Below, piece after piece: positions 10,701-20,132 of a DNA stretch of 59,154 nucleotides (within the stretch, counting starts at the first letter, position 1; every line of letters starts with the position of its first letter). The notes under the pieces are model-generated. The model was not told the DNA's origin. It searched no databases and worked only from the letters and a program-made list of their open reading frames with translations. This DNA is from a virus (Duplodnaviria > Caudoviricetes), in the IMG/VR virus record IMGVR_UViG_3300044998_000560, positions 1-59,154 of that record; one strand, given 5' to 3'. Made by a program: the position numbers and the translations under genes.

Positions 10701-13700
10701 AGATTTAAAAATGGCTTCATTGTCGATTCTTTCGTTGGGCACGGTATAGGCGATGTATTAAATCCTGATTATTCGTGTTCTATTGATATTGAAAGAGGAG
10801 AAGCAAGACCTGAATTTATTCAAAATTACTTAGATTTAAATTTACAAACGACGGATCCTGATAGTGGTAATGCTCCTGTTTCGACAAATTATGCAAAAAC
10901 AGGAGATTTAATCACATTACCATATGTCAATGTGACATTGGTAGAACAACCATTTGCTTCCAACTTTATAAATATAAACCCTTATAATGTTTTTAATTGG
11001 GTTGGTTCTATTGAATTGGATCCAGAAACAGATTTATGGAGAGATACTAATAGATTACCTGATATTATACAAAATAATAATGCTGCTTTTGAAGCAGAAT
11101 TAGTAAGATTATCACCCACATTAGGAACAGTTTGGAATGAATGGCAAACACAATGGACTGGAGTTGTTTCTGAATCATCTACATTTACAACAACAGAAGA
11201 AGTAACAAGAGGTATTACTATAGACGAATCTAGAATGAATGCTGCTAGAATGGATAATAGACTTCCTCCTACAGCATTGATTACTACTACTACAACCTCC
11301 ACAATAGAAAATAAAACACAAGTCGTTCAATCGAACCAAGTAAGAACAGGTGTTGTTACTACTGTCGTACCGAGAGAAACACGCCAACAAATTGAAGACC
11401 GTTTGGTGAATAATGATATTATTCCGTTTATGAGAACGCGGGATGTTTATTTTAAAGCAAAAAGATTTAAACCTAGTACATTATTATATCCATTTTTTGA
11501 TAATGTAAATGTTTCTCGATTTTGTTCTGGATCAGGAGGATCAGGATTCACAACTGTTCCGCCTGTAGTGACATTCTCTGCACCACCTTCAGGAACAACA
11601 GCACAAGGTACAACAATTTTAAGAGATGGAAAAGTCGTCTTTATTGAGATTACAAATCCTGGATCAGGATATACTTCAGCACCAACAGTGTCATTTAGTA
11701 GTATTCCAAACGGTGCGACCGCTCCTTCTTCGGCTGATGTAATTGTATCTGTAGAAAATGGAAGAGTCGTTTCCGCTGTGTTGAAAATGAAAACCGATGA
11801 AAATGGAAATCTAGAAGGTATGTTTAGAATTCCAAATACGGATACGATTCGTTTTAGAACGGGAACAAGAATCTTTAGATTAGTTGATGATCGAGAAAAT
11901 AGAAGAGTATTTACAACTACTTTTGGTGAATGTAGATATGTTGCTCAAGGATTTTTAGAAACACGACAATCTACAATACTTTCGACAAGAGAACCGCAAT
12001 TGGTGAGAACAAATGTTTCTGAAAACAGAATCTTGACAAATGTTGTTACAACATCAAATGAAATTTCAAGGGAATCTACCATAGAATCGGGTTGGTTAGA
12101 TCCAGTAGCACAAACATTCATTACAACAGATAAGGGTGGATCATTTATCACAAGTGTTGATATCTTCTTTGCTTCTAAAGACGATACAATTCCTGTAACA
12201 TTACAAATTCGTGATGTTGTAAATGGGTACCCAGGACAAAGAATAATTCCGTTTGGAGAAGTTGTTTTGAATCCAGTTGATGTTGTTATTGATCCGGACG
12301 GAACGAGAAATCTCCCAACAAAATTTACATTCAAATCACCAATCTATATCCAAGAGAATGTTGAATATGCGATTGTCTTGATTAGTAATTCGAATAATTA
12401 TAATGTTTGGATTTCTCGTATGGGAGAAAATCAGATAGGGACAACGAATCCAATTTCTGAACAACCATATGCGGGATCATTTTTCAAATCACAAAACGCA
12501 AGCACATGGACGGCAGAACAATTAGAGGATCTAAAATTTACAATTTATAAAGCAAAATTCGATACTTCTGTTATCGGAAATGTAATTTTCGTGAATGATG
12601 TTGTTCCTTCCCAATCACTAGATTCTCTTTGTTTCTGGACTGTAGAAGGATCAGAAAAGGTTCGAGTTTATCAAAAAAATCATGGAATGCCTTTTAACAC
12701 ATCTCCGGCATCAAGTAAAGTATTAATTCAAGGTGTAACAGGAACACTGAATGGAATTCCTTCTTCTGAATTTAATGGTATTCATGAAATTTCTGATGTA
12801 ACATTAGATACATATACAATCAATTTAGTAACTCCAGCAACAGCAACAGGATTTACAGGAAATGAAGGAATTACAGCAACTCGGAATTATCAAATGGATG
12901 TTGTACACCCAATCGTACAAAATATTGTTTTCCCGAACACCGAACTTTCGTTTTCAATTAAAACTGTTTCTGGAAAATCGGTTTCTGGTAATCAACAACC
13001 GTATTCAAAAACACAGAATTGGGAACCGATTATTGTAAATTCTAATGTAGAATTTACAAATCCAAAACTTATTGCATCAGCTTTGAATGAAATTGATCTA
13101 GTGCAAGCGGGTGTTGGTGTCTACAATAATAAATCATTTGTATTAAGATCATTATTTATAAGCGAATATGACAATTTATCACCAGTAATTGATACACAAA
13201 GAATTGGTGTTGTTGTTGTTGGAAATAGAATAGCAGATTATACACACAAAACAGTAAATATAAATAGTCCTTCTGGGTATGATTTGAGACCAGCATCCCG
13301 TTCAATTAATATTGCAAATTGTTCATTACTATCGGATGATAATTCAATTAATACTTCATCGGATGTGTTTACAGACCAAACAATTCTTGGAAAATATATA
13401 CATTTAACATCTCCTAATAATAATTTTAATTCATTTGAAACGGCTATTAAGGTGATTGAAATTGCTTCTCCAAGAAAGTTGATTGTTGATGCACCCATTA
13501 CTACAACATTGAACACATCTGCTGTAATTGATGTATATGATTTCTTTACTGCTGAAGAAGGAGCATTTGATACCTCTAATCCGGCAAAATATATTACTCG
13601 TCCTTTGAATTTATTGGAACCAGCAAATTCTTTGAGAGTTTTTGTTACAGCTTTTCGTTCCTTTGATTCTGATTTCGATATCTATTATAGAGTAGGACGT

Positions 13701-13916
13701 TCTACAGATAACAAATTATTTGAAGAACAACCTTATAAGAAAATGAATTTGGATAATATTCCACAAAACAATTTAGAAAGATTTGTTGAATATAAATATT
13801 CAGTAGAAGAAGAAGTCGAATTTACTACAGTTTCATTTAAGATTGTGATGAGAAGTACAAATTCGGCAAATGTACCGAGATTTAGAGATATACGAGGCAT
13901 CGCTCTATCGTCATAA
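7788..13916 (+). CDS. Large virion structural protein, VrlC-like (DUF4815-type)
   Basis: SPYYDDYD..KKFYRILFRPG.AVQARELTQLQT, APGAHR, LARRTYDESGDY, NRRYTMRDIGKLEKRI..LEYYT.LSLLE, DPVAQTF, FKSQNASTW. These are hallmarks of the ~2000-aa baseplate protein of non-enteric T4-like phages. Confidence 0.88.
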   Translation: MPTVFSTSPYYDDYDKNKKFYRILFRPGTAVQARELTQLQTIFGNQIEQFADHIFKNGAQVKPGQIAYDLELSFVKIEPTINGFPINLNDIDPDNQNNVGDIFIEGERSGVKAKVIKIVGLEGSDPFTIFVKYVNKGTNGTSSTFDKGNVDAIPTPIQAENLRKVGSANPFAKIMDSNMDPLGNGCSVSIEAGVYYVNGIFANVERQTIILDKYTNTPTYKIGLEVIESIITSSEDDSLNDNAQGSSNFAAPGAHRYSVSLNLVKRNVSSLTEDNQNFVELLRLKNGIREKQVEETAYSLLEETLARRTYDESGDYYIRPFGIDIREHLKTDTNRGVYPISSPDPGAKLGEESKLAVGIEPSKAYVKGYEIQTLATTWLDVDKARDTLVSNNSSIRANFGNWVYVWNPYNFPSINNYQKINLYDISVLYDSNGQISNASTFGSLTPIGTARVRGFEYVSGTPGNPFSNPTAIYKMYLFDIQMVSGKQFSEVNSFYSPTDFSDDPVAGIICQDLYLINANISPSPNDVVISSTGRVTIVSYNSSSGSAIVRPTINTGSTFYPKVLKNEFVTYGVSGTAKVGELLSIQETGSNTLIYRLPKTAIKTVKGENNQVDTTYTIKRVIVTTITNNTILVNVSGDEVFDTFNLTDYILSVAENSSNFRGHIINLNGLPVNVSGSTLTIGGLNAYNGLQVKLIAPVVKLVATSKAKDLQTKTQTFATYNIDSVNYLDEVDIYSLISIKDFYGNDVTERFSFDNGQRDSFYQRGSFLLRKGSTPPDSPITVEYSFFRHGSGGDYFSVDSYNQNQINYSNIPTYISRDTGQVYQLSNCLDFRPRTNIASEGPMSDYPIGQSEILKPNANVRCDFQYYVGRFDKIFLTKRGEFKVVRGIASERPQEPQDIADAMLLYTLFIPAYTYSPSSVSVKRIDNRRYTMRDIGKLEKRILNLEYYTTLSLLEKETADMYIPDDSTGLNRFKNGFIVDSFVGHGIGDVLNPDYSCSIDIERGEARPEFIQNYLDLNLQTTDPDSGNAPVSTNYAKTGDLITLPYVNVTLVEQPFASNFININPYNVFNWVGSIELDPETDLWRDTNRLPDIIQNNNAAFEAELVRLSPTLGTVWNEWQTQWTGVVSESSTFTTTEEVTRGITIDESRMNAARMDNRLPPTALITTTTTSTIENKTQVVQSNQVRTGVVTTVVPRETRQQIEDRLVNNDIIPFMRTRDVYFKAKRFKPSTLLYPFFDNVNVSRFCSGSGGSGFTTVPPVVTFSAPPSGTTAQGTTILRDGKVVFIEITNPGSGYTSAPTVSFSSIPNGATAPSSADVIVSVENGRVVSAVLKMKTDENGNLEGMFRIPNTDTIRFRTGTRIFRLVDDRENRRVFTTTFGECRYVAQGFLETRQSTILSTREPQLVRTNVSENRILTNVVTTSNEISRESTIESGWLDPVAQTFITTDKGGSFITSVDIFFASKDDTIPVTLQIRDVVNGYPGQRIIPFGEVVLNPVDVVIDPDGTRNLPTKFTFKSPIYIQENVEYAIVLISNSNNYNVWISRMGENQIGTTNPISEQPYAGSFFKSQNASTWTAEQLEDLKFTIYKAKFDTSVIGNVIFVNDVVPSQSLDSLCFWTVEGSEKVRVYQKNHGMPFNTSPASSKVLIQGVTGTLNGIPSSEFNGIHEISDVTLDTYTINLVTPATATGFTGNEGITATRNYQMDVVHPIVQNIVFPNTELSFSIKTVSGKSVSGNQQPYSKTQNWEPIIVNSNVEFTNPKLIASALNEIDLVQAGVGVYNNKSFVLRSLFISEYDNLSPVIDTQRIGVVVVGNRIADYTHKTVNINSPSGYDLRPASRSINIANCSLLSDDNSINTSSDVFTDQTILGKYIHLTSPNNNFNSFETAIKVIEIASPRKLIVDAPITTTLNTSAVIDVYDFFTAEEGAFDTSNPAKYITRPLNLLEPANSLRVFVTAFRSFDSDFDIYYRVGRSTDNKLFEEQPYKKMNLDNIPQNNLERFVEYKYSVEEEVEFTTVSFKIVMRSTNSANVPRFRDIRGIALSS

Positions 13917-13917
13917 T

Positions 13918-14121
13918 ATGATACCAGTAGAAAAATATAACGATCTTTATAGGGATCCTAACAGTAAAGGTATTGTTAATTCCAACAAGAAAGAACGAGA
14001 ATTGTTTCTTGAAAGGAAGAAAAGGATTTTGAATAAAGAAAAAACGTTAGAAAAAATAATTACAGATTTAAATAATAGGATAGAAGTATTGGAAAAAATA
14101 CTTTTGGAGAAAAATAACTAA
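13918..14121 (+). CDS. Small conserved coiled-coil protein following the VrlC-like gene
   Basis: Likely start is ATG 13918, right after the previous stop; LYRDPNSKGIVN motif followed by heptads. Confidence 0.65.
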   Translation: MIPVEKYNDLYRDPNSKGIVNSNKKERELFLERKKRILNKEKTLEKIITDLNNRIEVLEKILLEKNN

Positions 14122-14414
14122 TGCCTGTACCACTTCCGATTGAAATTACGGATAATTTCGACCAATGGCGTCAAAAATGTAATCAAGCTTTTCAGGTACT
14201 TTTAGATGTCGTCAATGAAAATCCTGTCCAAACATTAATAGAAATGGAAATACCAGTGAATAATAGAGATATTCTTTTATATGATAATACATCTCAAACT
14301 TTTAAAAATACTCTATTCGATGCTCTTATCCAAGACTATTTACAAGATAATGGTTTTCGTTCCGACAGTAAGGTGAAAAAATATTATTTCACAAATCAAA
14401 ATAATTTATATTAG
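14121..14414 (+). CDS. Hypothetical virion protein (TDNFDQWRQKCN N-terminal fibre/baseplate attachment-like motif)
   Basis: Overlapping stop/start; the motif resembles N-termini of T4-like fibre/baseplate proteins. Confidence 0.55.
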   Translation: MPVPLPIEITDNFDQWRQKCNQAFQVLLDVVNENPVQTLIEMEIPVNNRDILLYDNTSQTFKNTLFDALIQDYLQDNGFRSDSKVKKYYFTNQNNLY

Positions 14415-14422
14415 AGGAAAAT

Positions 14423-14743
14423 ATGGCAAACGGAAGATTAGCGAGTGGTGTAATTTCGAGCACGAATGTTTGGGAACAATTTTATCAAGTTCCTGTTGGA
14501 TTTACTGCTTCTATTACTCTGAATGTGTGCAATCAAGGAGCAAACAACGCGAAAATTCGTGTTGCTATTCCATCTTCAACAAACGTAAATCCAGAAGATA
14601 TTATAGAATATGATGTCGAGATATATAAAAATGAATCATTTCAGAGAACAGGAATCGTTCTTTCATCGGGGCAATATTTGTTTATTCGTTCTAATGAAGG
14701 CTCGATTAGTGTCAATATTTGGGGATTCGAAGAAGAAATTTAA
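14423..14743 (+). CDS. Small beta-sandwich virion protein
   Basis: MANGRLAS...LNVCNQ..A.IRVAI...IEYD...RTGIVLS.G, ends GFEE; RBS GAGG. Confidence 0.65.
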   Translation: MANGRLASGVISSTNVWEQFYQVPVGFTASITLNVCNQGANNAKIRVAIPSSTNVNPEDIIEYDVEIYKNESFQRTGIVLSSGQYLFIRSNEGSISVNIWGFEEEI

Positions 14744-14752
14744 GGAAGTTTT

Positions 14753-15196
14753 ATGAAAAAGTTTTGGTTAAGTATAGTATCCTTCTTTAAAGGAGAAAAA
14801 TGGAAAAAAGCCAGATTTGTTGTTGCTTTAATTGCTGATATGTTACCGTATGTCGAAACGGCAGTTACTATATTATCTAATTTGACACAGAACAAACAAC
14901 TAAAAGCGATCCAAAAAGCATTAAATTATTTTAATATTCCAAAAGAAGAAATACCATTTAATCCAGAAAGAACATATACAAAATCGGAAATAAATGGTAT
15001 ATTGATGTCGGCGGCTAATTATGCTGTCCGTGATGAGATACAGAAAGCAATTGAAAAAACGGCAGAAGGATTTTTAATTTTTGGTGGACAAAAAATTAAA
15101 AATTCATCCGAAATACCAGATAATATTATAAATACTGCTGTAAACACCGTTTACACATATTTGAAAAATTCGCAAGGAAAAGAAAACGATGAATAA
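14753..15196 (+). CDS. Hypothetical protein with amphipathic N-terminus
   Basis: RBS AAGGA; tightly packed ORF; function not recognised. Confidence 0.55.
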   Translation: MKKFWLSIVSFFKGEKWKKARFVVALIADMLPYVETAVTILSNLTQNKQLKAIQKALNYFNIPKEEIPFNPERTYTKSEINGILMSAANYAVRDEIQKAIEKTAEGFLIFGGQKIKNSSEIPDNIINTAVNTVYTYLKNSQGKENDE

Positions 15197-15347
15197 TTTA
15201 TTCGATGATATTAAGTTTAATGAGGTTAGAATTGTTCTTAAAAAATTTGAAGGAGAACAAACGGAAAAACCATTTGAAGAAATCATTATAGAAAACGGAG
15301 AAATTGTAGAAATTAGGAGATATAAAGAAGATGCCACTATTAAATAG
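15189..15347 (+). CDS. Small 52-aa protein missed by the ORF track (MNNLFDDIKFNEVRIVLKKFEGEQTEKPFEEIIIENGE...)
   Basis: Overlaps the upstream stop and the downstream start, fills the gap exactly, upstream AAGGA. Confidence 0.65.
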   Translation: MNNLFDDIKFNEVRIVLKKFEGEQTEKPFEEIIIENGEIVEIRRYKEDATIK

Positions 15348-15708
15348 CGGTCGCGACCATATCGCAAAAACTATAATCGGGGAATCTGTTACCGCCTTCA
15401 ATAATGCTAATGCATATATTGCTGTAGGTAATAGTAATACTGCTTTTTCGGCTTCCCAAACCGATTTACAAGGTGCTAGTAAATATCGCAAAGCGGTGGA
15501 TGCTTCTTATCCACAAAGAACAAATAATGTTCTCACATATCGTGCAACATTTTCTACCTCTGAAGCGAATTTTGATTGGGAAGAATGGGGTATTGCTAAT
15601 GATCCAACTTCTGGTACACTATTAAACCGTAAAGTTGAATCGCTAGGTACAAAAAATTCATATCAGACATGGCAATTTACTGTCGATATTACTGTTGTAG
15701 CAGGATAA
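15331..15708 (+). CDS. Tail-fibre/collar-associated structural protein
   Basis: AYIAVGNSNTAFSASQTDLQG...ATF...EANFDWEEWG motif typical of small phage fibre-base proteins; RBS AGGAG. Confidence 0.6.
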   Translation: MPLLNSGRDHIAKTIIGESVTAFNNANAYIAVGNSNTAFSASQTDLQGASKYRKAVDASYPQRTNNVLTYRATFSTSEANFDWEEWGIANDPTSGTLLNRKVESLGTKNSYQTWQFTVDITVVAG

Positions 15709-15712
15709 ATTT

Positions 15713-16636
15713 ATGTCTTTACAATATGCTTCTGGAACAAGAGTAAATGTGACATTTTCAACAACCGCGACAGGTCTTACCGGAAAACGAGAGATTTTAT
15801 ATAATTTAGGATTAGCTTTACAAGATGCCGGTTGGGACATCACAACCGGATCTCTTACACCAACAACAGATTCAATTATTTTTGGATCACAATATACACC
15901 TGATTCTAATTTGAGAATGAAAGTGAATATTGATACCGCTTCAACGAACTGTTGTAGAATAAGAGCTATGCGATATTCTGATGAATTACAGGGAACAAAT
16001 GTCGCATCTGGTATGTTTCTTGTTCCAGCAGTATCTAAAAATTGGAGAATTATTGCTAATAGACATCAATGTTTTATTTTTGAAACTGCCGGTAATAATA
16101 CTGGATCTATAGCATATTTTGGTACACCATGGATACCATCATGGCAGCACGGTGTTGTAACGGAGTGTTATTTTTCTTATGCTAATAGGATTTCTGATAA
16201 TACGACAACCGCTGTTGGATCCTTCCGGGTTAATTTAAGAGGATCATATCAAAATGCCCATGGTAATTTGTATGCAAATTGGAATAATGTTATTATAGAT
16301 CATTTTAATAACATATCAAACGTTGCAAGCTCCGGATTAGGATTGATGGCTTTTCATGGTTCATCTTTACAACAGGCTGCTGAAGTTTGTAAAGAATGGG
16401 CAGACGGTACTGAATTAATGTATGATCCTCTTATTAAGTGGCCCGATACTGCTGTTGCTTCTCAAAAAGCACGAATCAAAGGACAACTTTGGGATGCCGC
16501 AATTATTTCAGGATCATATGCAACCGAACAAACATTTACTGATGGAAACGGTATCAAATGGTATGTTTTCACAGACAATTCTCCGATAGATAATACAACG
16601 TTTGGTCCGGGAACACTATTATTAAGAGTACCATAA
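15713..16636 (+). CDS. Hypothetical virion protein, possible globular tip/receptor-binding domain
   Basis: Beta-rich, Trp-rich, inside a structural cassette. Confidence 0.5.
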   Translation: MSLQYASGTRVNVTFSTTATGLTGKREILYNLGLALQDAGWDITTGSLTPTTDSIIFGSQYTPDSNLRMKVNIDTASTNCCRIRAMRYSDELQGTNVASGMFLVPAVSKNWRIIANRHQCFIFETAGNNTGSIAYFGTPWIPSWQHGVVTECYFSYANRISDNTTTAVGSFRVNLRGSYQNAHGNLYANWNNVIIDHFNNISNVASSGLGLMAFHGSSLQQAAEVCKEWADGTELMYDPLIKWPDTAVASQKARIKGQLWDAAIISGSYATEQTFTDGNGIKWYVFTDNSPIDNTTFGPGTLLLRVP

Positions 16637-16637
16637 A

Positions 16638-18335
16638 ATGTCTAGGTTTTTAGGTATAGGTTCTGTTTATGTTTCTGATGAGCATATAACTCAAAATAGG
16701 GTAAAGATATTAAACACAAACCAAAGTACATTTAGAAATATAAATCCAAATTCTTTTGTAGTTTCCGCCGCCGCTCCCGTATCATCTTCTAATTTGTTTT
16801 ATTTACAACCAGGAACAATATTAACGGCAACAACAAAATATGCGGATTACGCAAATTTAGATATAATTTTATCTGAAATAGTTGGAACAGATTCATTAAC
16901 AATAATTTCTACAGAAGCTTTAAATTCTTTCCTTTCTTATTTGGATTTGATTGATAATCTTTCTATTTCTTTTACAGAAAATTACCAAACATTTTCTTCT
17001 CTGACAAACAACGAAACTATTTTTGTTGATTTAATTGAAGAAGAAAATATTTCTCTCGCGCTAGAATCCCTGGATTCAATTTCTTTTCAATTAGAACAAT
17101 TAACAACAATTGCAAATGTGATTGAATCCTATGATTCAATTGGATTAAATTTTATAGAAAATCAAAGCATTTTCGTTTTTATTAATACAATAGAATCATT
17201 ACTTGTTAATTTAGAAGAAGTATATAGACTTTCGAAGTTTTTTTCATCTTCTGATTCTGTTTCCGTTTCGTTGAATGAAAACGAATCTATATTAAACATA
17301 ATTCAAAAGTTGGAAACATTAATTATTTCTTTAACAGAAAGTTTACAAACAAATGTTTCTTTTATATCTAACGATAATATCAATATAATTCTTTCAGAAA
17401 ACAAATTTATTGATATTCTCCTTTCTTCCGTCGATTCTATTTCAACAATCATTGAAGATATTGGATATTTTTTTCGAGACCTTTTTTCTAATGATTCGGT
17501 TTCTATAACTTTTAACGAAAATAGCCAAATAACACTTGTAATCCGAGGTATGGATTCTTTGTTGGTTTCTCTAGAAACAATTCTTTCTTTTTTTAAGGAA
17601 TTAAATTATACAGATTATATTGAAAATGGTATAACCGAATTTGTTCATATACAAAATATATTTTCTTCTTTTGATTCGATAGAAAATTCGATAGAAGAAC
17701 TGAGAAATTTAATAAACAAAATTAAAAAAACAGAAATTCTTTCTTTTCAGGTCGAAGAAGAGTTGAAAACAGTAGAAACTTATATCAAAAAAACAGAAAA
17801 CCTTCTTTTATCTACGAATGATTTATTAAATATAACCCACAAATTATTGGTAAATTTGAGCGATTCGGATACATCCGTTTTCATCGCAGCGGAAAATGTA
17901 AATAATTTGAAAAATATATTTTATTCAATTGACAACTTAGGTACTTCTATCCTTGAAAATGTTAATTTATTTTTGAATTTGTTTTCTTCCGAAAATGTTA
18001 CAATTTCGGTGATTGATTTGATGAATGATTTGCGAGTTTTTATTTCAAAAAATGATATTATTGAAATAAATGATAATATAAAACAATTGTTTGTGGAATT
18101 GAATCCAACAAATGATGAAGTAATTGTGGGTATGAAAGCGAATATTATATATAATGATTTATTGGTAGCCCTTTTAAAGAAAACGGAATCTTTATTAGAA
18201 ATAGTAGAAAAAATTCAATATTTGTGTAATATCATCCAAAAAGAAATTTTTGTTGCTGAAATTGAAAAGAAAGTTGAATCTTCTATAATTGGAGAATCAA
18301 ATGTGATTGATTCGGAAGTAAAAAGAAAGAAATAG
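16638..18335 (+). CDS. Repeat protein with strict 20-aa period (putative filament shaft)
   Basis: 14 consecutive [DE]-[SNT]-h-x-h-x-h-x-E units (h = hydrophobic) exactly 60 nt apart from 16953. Confidence 0.7.
   Translation: MSRFLGIGSVYVSDEHITQNRVKILNTNQSTFRNINPNSFVVSAAAPVSSSNLFYLQPGTILTATTKYADYANLDIILSEIVGTDSLTIISTEALNSFLSYLDLIDNLSISFTENYQTFSSLTNNETIFVDLIEEENISLALESLDSISFQLEQLTTIANVIESYDSIGLNFIENQSIFVFINTIESLLVNLEEVYRLSKFFSSSDSVSVSLNENESILNIIQKLETLIISLTESLQTNVSFISNDNINIILSENKFIDILLSSVDSISTIIEDIGYFFRDLFSNDSVSITFNENSQITLVIRGMDSLLVSLETILSFFKELNYTDYIENGITEFVHIQNIFSSFDSIENSIEELRNLINKIKKTEILSFQVEEELKTVETYIKKTENLLLSTNDLLNITHKLLVNLSDSDTSVFIAAENVNNLKNIFYSIDNLGTSILENVNLFLNLFSSENVTISVIDLMNDLRVFISKNDIIEINDNIKQLFVELNPTNDEVIVGMKANIIYNDLLVALLKKTESLLEIVEKIQYLCNIIQKEIFVAEIEKKVESSIIGESNVIDSEVKRKK
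16953..17792 (+). repeat. Degenerate 60-nt (20-aa) tandem repeat, 14 units
   Basis: GAT/GAA codons at 16953, 17013, 17073 ... 17733 start each unit. Confidence 0.75.
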
Positions 18336-18353
18336 AAGGCCTAAATATATCAT

Positions 18354-18719
18354 ATGATTAATGGAAAAATATTTACTATAAATACAACAGAATCGGCGAG
18401 TTTTTCTGTAAAGGTATCTACAAAAAATCCTGGTGGTCAGGCTGTTCCTGTTAATTTGGACGAAAAGGAACTTCATTTTTATGTGAAATTTAATGAACAG
18501 GATAAAGATGAAGACGCCTTCATTCACAAATTCACAGGTTCTGGAATTACTCATACAAATCCTGCTTTAGGGGAAGCGGAAATTGATTTGTTGCCTTCCG
18601 ATACTGTTTCTCTTTTAAATACAAATTTAACACATAAAACATATTGGTCCTTACGAGTCGTTTATGGAAGTGTTAATAAATTTATCCAGGAGGGTGTGCT
18701 CTTAATCACACCGGCATAA
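18354..18719 (+). CDS. Small Ig/BppU-like adaptor protein
   Basis: VNLD....FYVK, GITHTNP..GEAEIDLLPSDT, EG.LLITP; CTAAATA at 18341. Confidence 0.5.
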   Translation: MINGKIFTINTTESASFSVKVSTKNPGGQAVPVNLDEKELHFYVKFNEQDKDEDAFIHKFTGSGITHTNPALGEAEIDLLPSDTVSLLNTNLTHKTYWSLRVVYGSVNKFIQEGVLLITPA

Positions 18720-18720
18720 T

Positions 18721-19476
18721 ATGGCAATTCCAAATTCACGGCAATCTTTAATTGATTATTGTAAACGTGCTCTTGGACATCCTGTTATAAACATTGATGT
18801 TGCGGATGAACAGATTCAAGACCGAGTTGATGAAGCTTTACATTTTTATCGTGAATTTCATGGTGATGGTGTAACGCGAGATTACTATAAGCATAAAGTA
18901 ACTGCTCTTGATAAACAAAGACAATATATTGAAATTCCGGAAGAAATTTCACAAATAATTCGTGTTCTTACTGCTCCTGCTCTTGCAAATTGGGGTGGTA
19001 TGTTTTCTTTTACATATCAATTTTTTTTGAATGATTTTTACCGCCCTGGAGGTATAGGTCTTGGTGGTAACCTTTCTAATTATGATATTACGATGCAGTA
19101 TTTAAATTTGATTGACCACTTCTTCAATCAAGAAAAAACCGTACATTTTGCTAGAAACGAAAATAAATTGAGAATTAATATTGATTGGAATAAAGTTGTT
19201 AAAGTCGATAGTTATTTTATTATTGAATGTTATAGGATTATAGACCCAGAAGTACACACAAAGATGTGGAATGATTTGTGGTTGAAAAAATATTTGACCG
19301 CATTGATTAAATTACAATGGGGAGAAAATTTAAAAAAATATTCTGATGTATCTTTAATTGGTGGTGTTAAATTAAACGCCGATAAAATTTATGAAGAAGC
19401 TAAAATAGAAAAGGAAACATTAGAAAAACAAGCACAAGATACATGGCAACTACCAATAGATTTTATGATTGGTTAG
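18721..19476 (+). CDS. gp13: Neck protein gp13
   Basis: PNSRQSLIDYCKRALGHPVINIDVADEQIQDRVDEAL, WLKKYLTALIK.QWG.NL.KY, ends FMIG. Confidence 0.95.
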   Translation: MAIPNSRQSLIDYCKRALGHPVINIDVADEQIQDRVDEALHFYREFHGDGVTRDYYKHKVTALDKQRQYIEIPEEISQIIRVLTAPALANWGGMFSFTYQFFLNDFYRPGGIGLGGNLSNYDITMQYLNLIDHFFNQEKTVHFARNENKLRINIDWNKVVKVDSYFIIECYRIIDPEVHTKMWNDLWLKKYLTALIKLQWGENLKKYSDVSLIGGVKLNADKIYEEAKIEKETLEKQAQDTWQLPIDFMIG

Positions 19477-19488
19477 ATAGGAGATTTT

Positions 19489-20130
19489 ATGCCAAAAGCA
19501 TTTAAGCAATATATCCAAGAAGCAATCGGAAACAAATATGTCAACCACCAACTTCTTTCAAAAAAAGGATATGAATTAATGGGAACGGATCAATATTATA
19601 AAAAAGGTGCTCCTGGAATTAAATTAAAGAAAGGTGCTGAATGGGTTTCACTGAAAGATCCTAAATTAAAAGGAAAATCTACAACAGATTTGGCAAGATA
19701 TTTGCGTTCAACGGGTGGTTTCCAAATTGATGAAGATGTTATAAAAAGTGAGGCGCATGCAAAGAAGCTTTATAAAAAATATAAGAAAGAATTAGAAAAA
19801 TATGATGATATGGAAAAACGTAAAATTCGTATGCTCCCGGGTGAACAGATCCGTTCTAGAGAATTGCGTTTTAAGATGAAAAAGTTAAAGAAAATGATTG
19901 GTCCTGATTATCCTATGGAAGAAGTAAATGATTTGGAAGAAAAATGTCACGGTAAGGTAGATAATTTATCGTCTGATAAAAATCCTAATGTAAAAGAGGG
20001 TATGAATTGGAAACCATATACTTTTAGACGAAAGCGCGAAAAAGAGATGAATGTAAATAGAGAAAAAGAAAGGATGACCGGAATGAAAAAGATTCCGATT
20101 GATATGAAATTTAAGCAAAAGAATAGTTAA
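19489..20130 (+). CDS. Lys/Arg-rich putative internal head protein
   Basis: N-terminus MPKAFKQYIQE resembles the T4 capsid-targeting leader MKTYQEFIAE; basic body; RBS AGGAG. Confidence 0.55.
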   Translation: MPKAFKQYIQEAIGNKYVNHQLLSKKGYELMGTDQYYKKGAPGIKLKKGAEWVSLKDPKLKGKSTTDLARYLRSTGGFQIDEDVIKSEAHAKKLYKKYKKELEKYDDMEKRKIRMLPGEQIRSRELRFKMKKLKKMIGPDYPMEEVNDLEEKCHGKVDNLSSDKNPNVKEGMNWKPYTFRRKREKEMNVNREKERMTGMKKIPIDMKFKQKNS

Positions 20131-20132
20131 CT

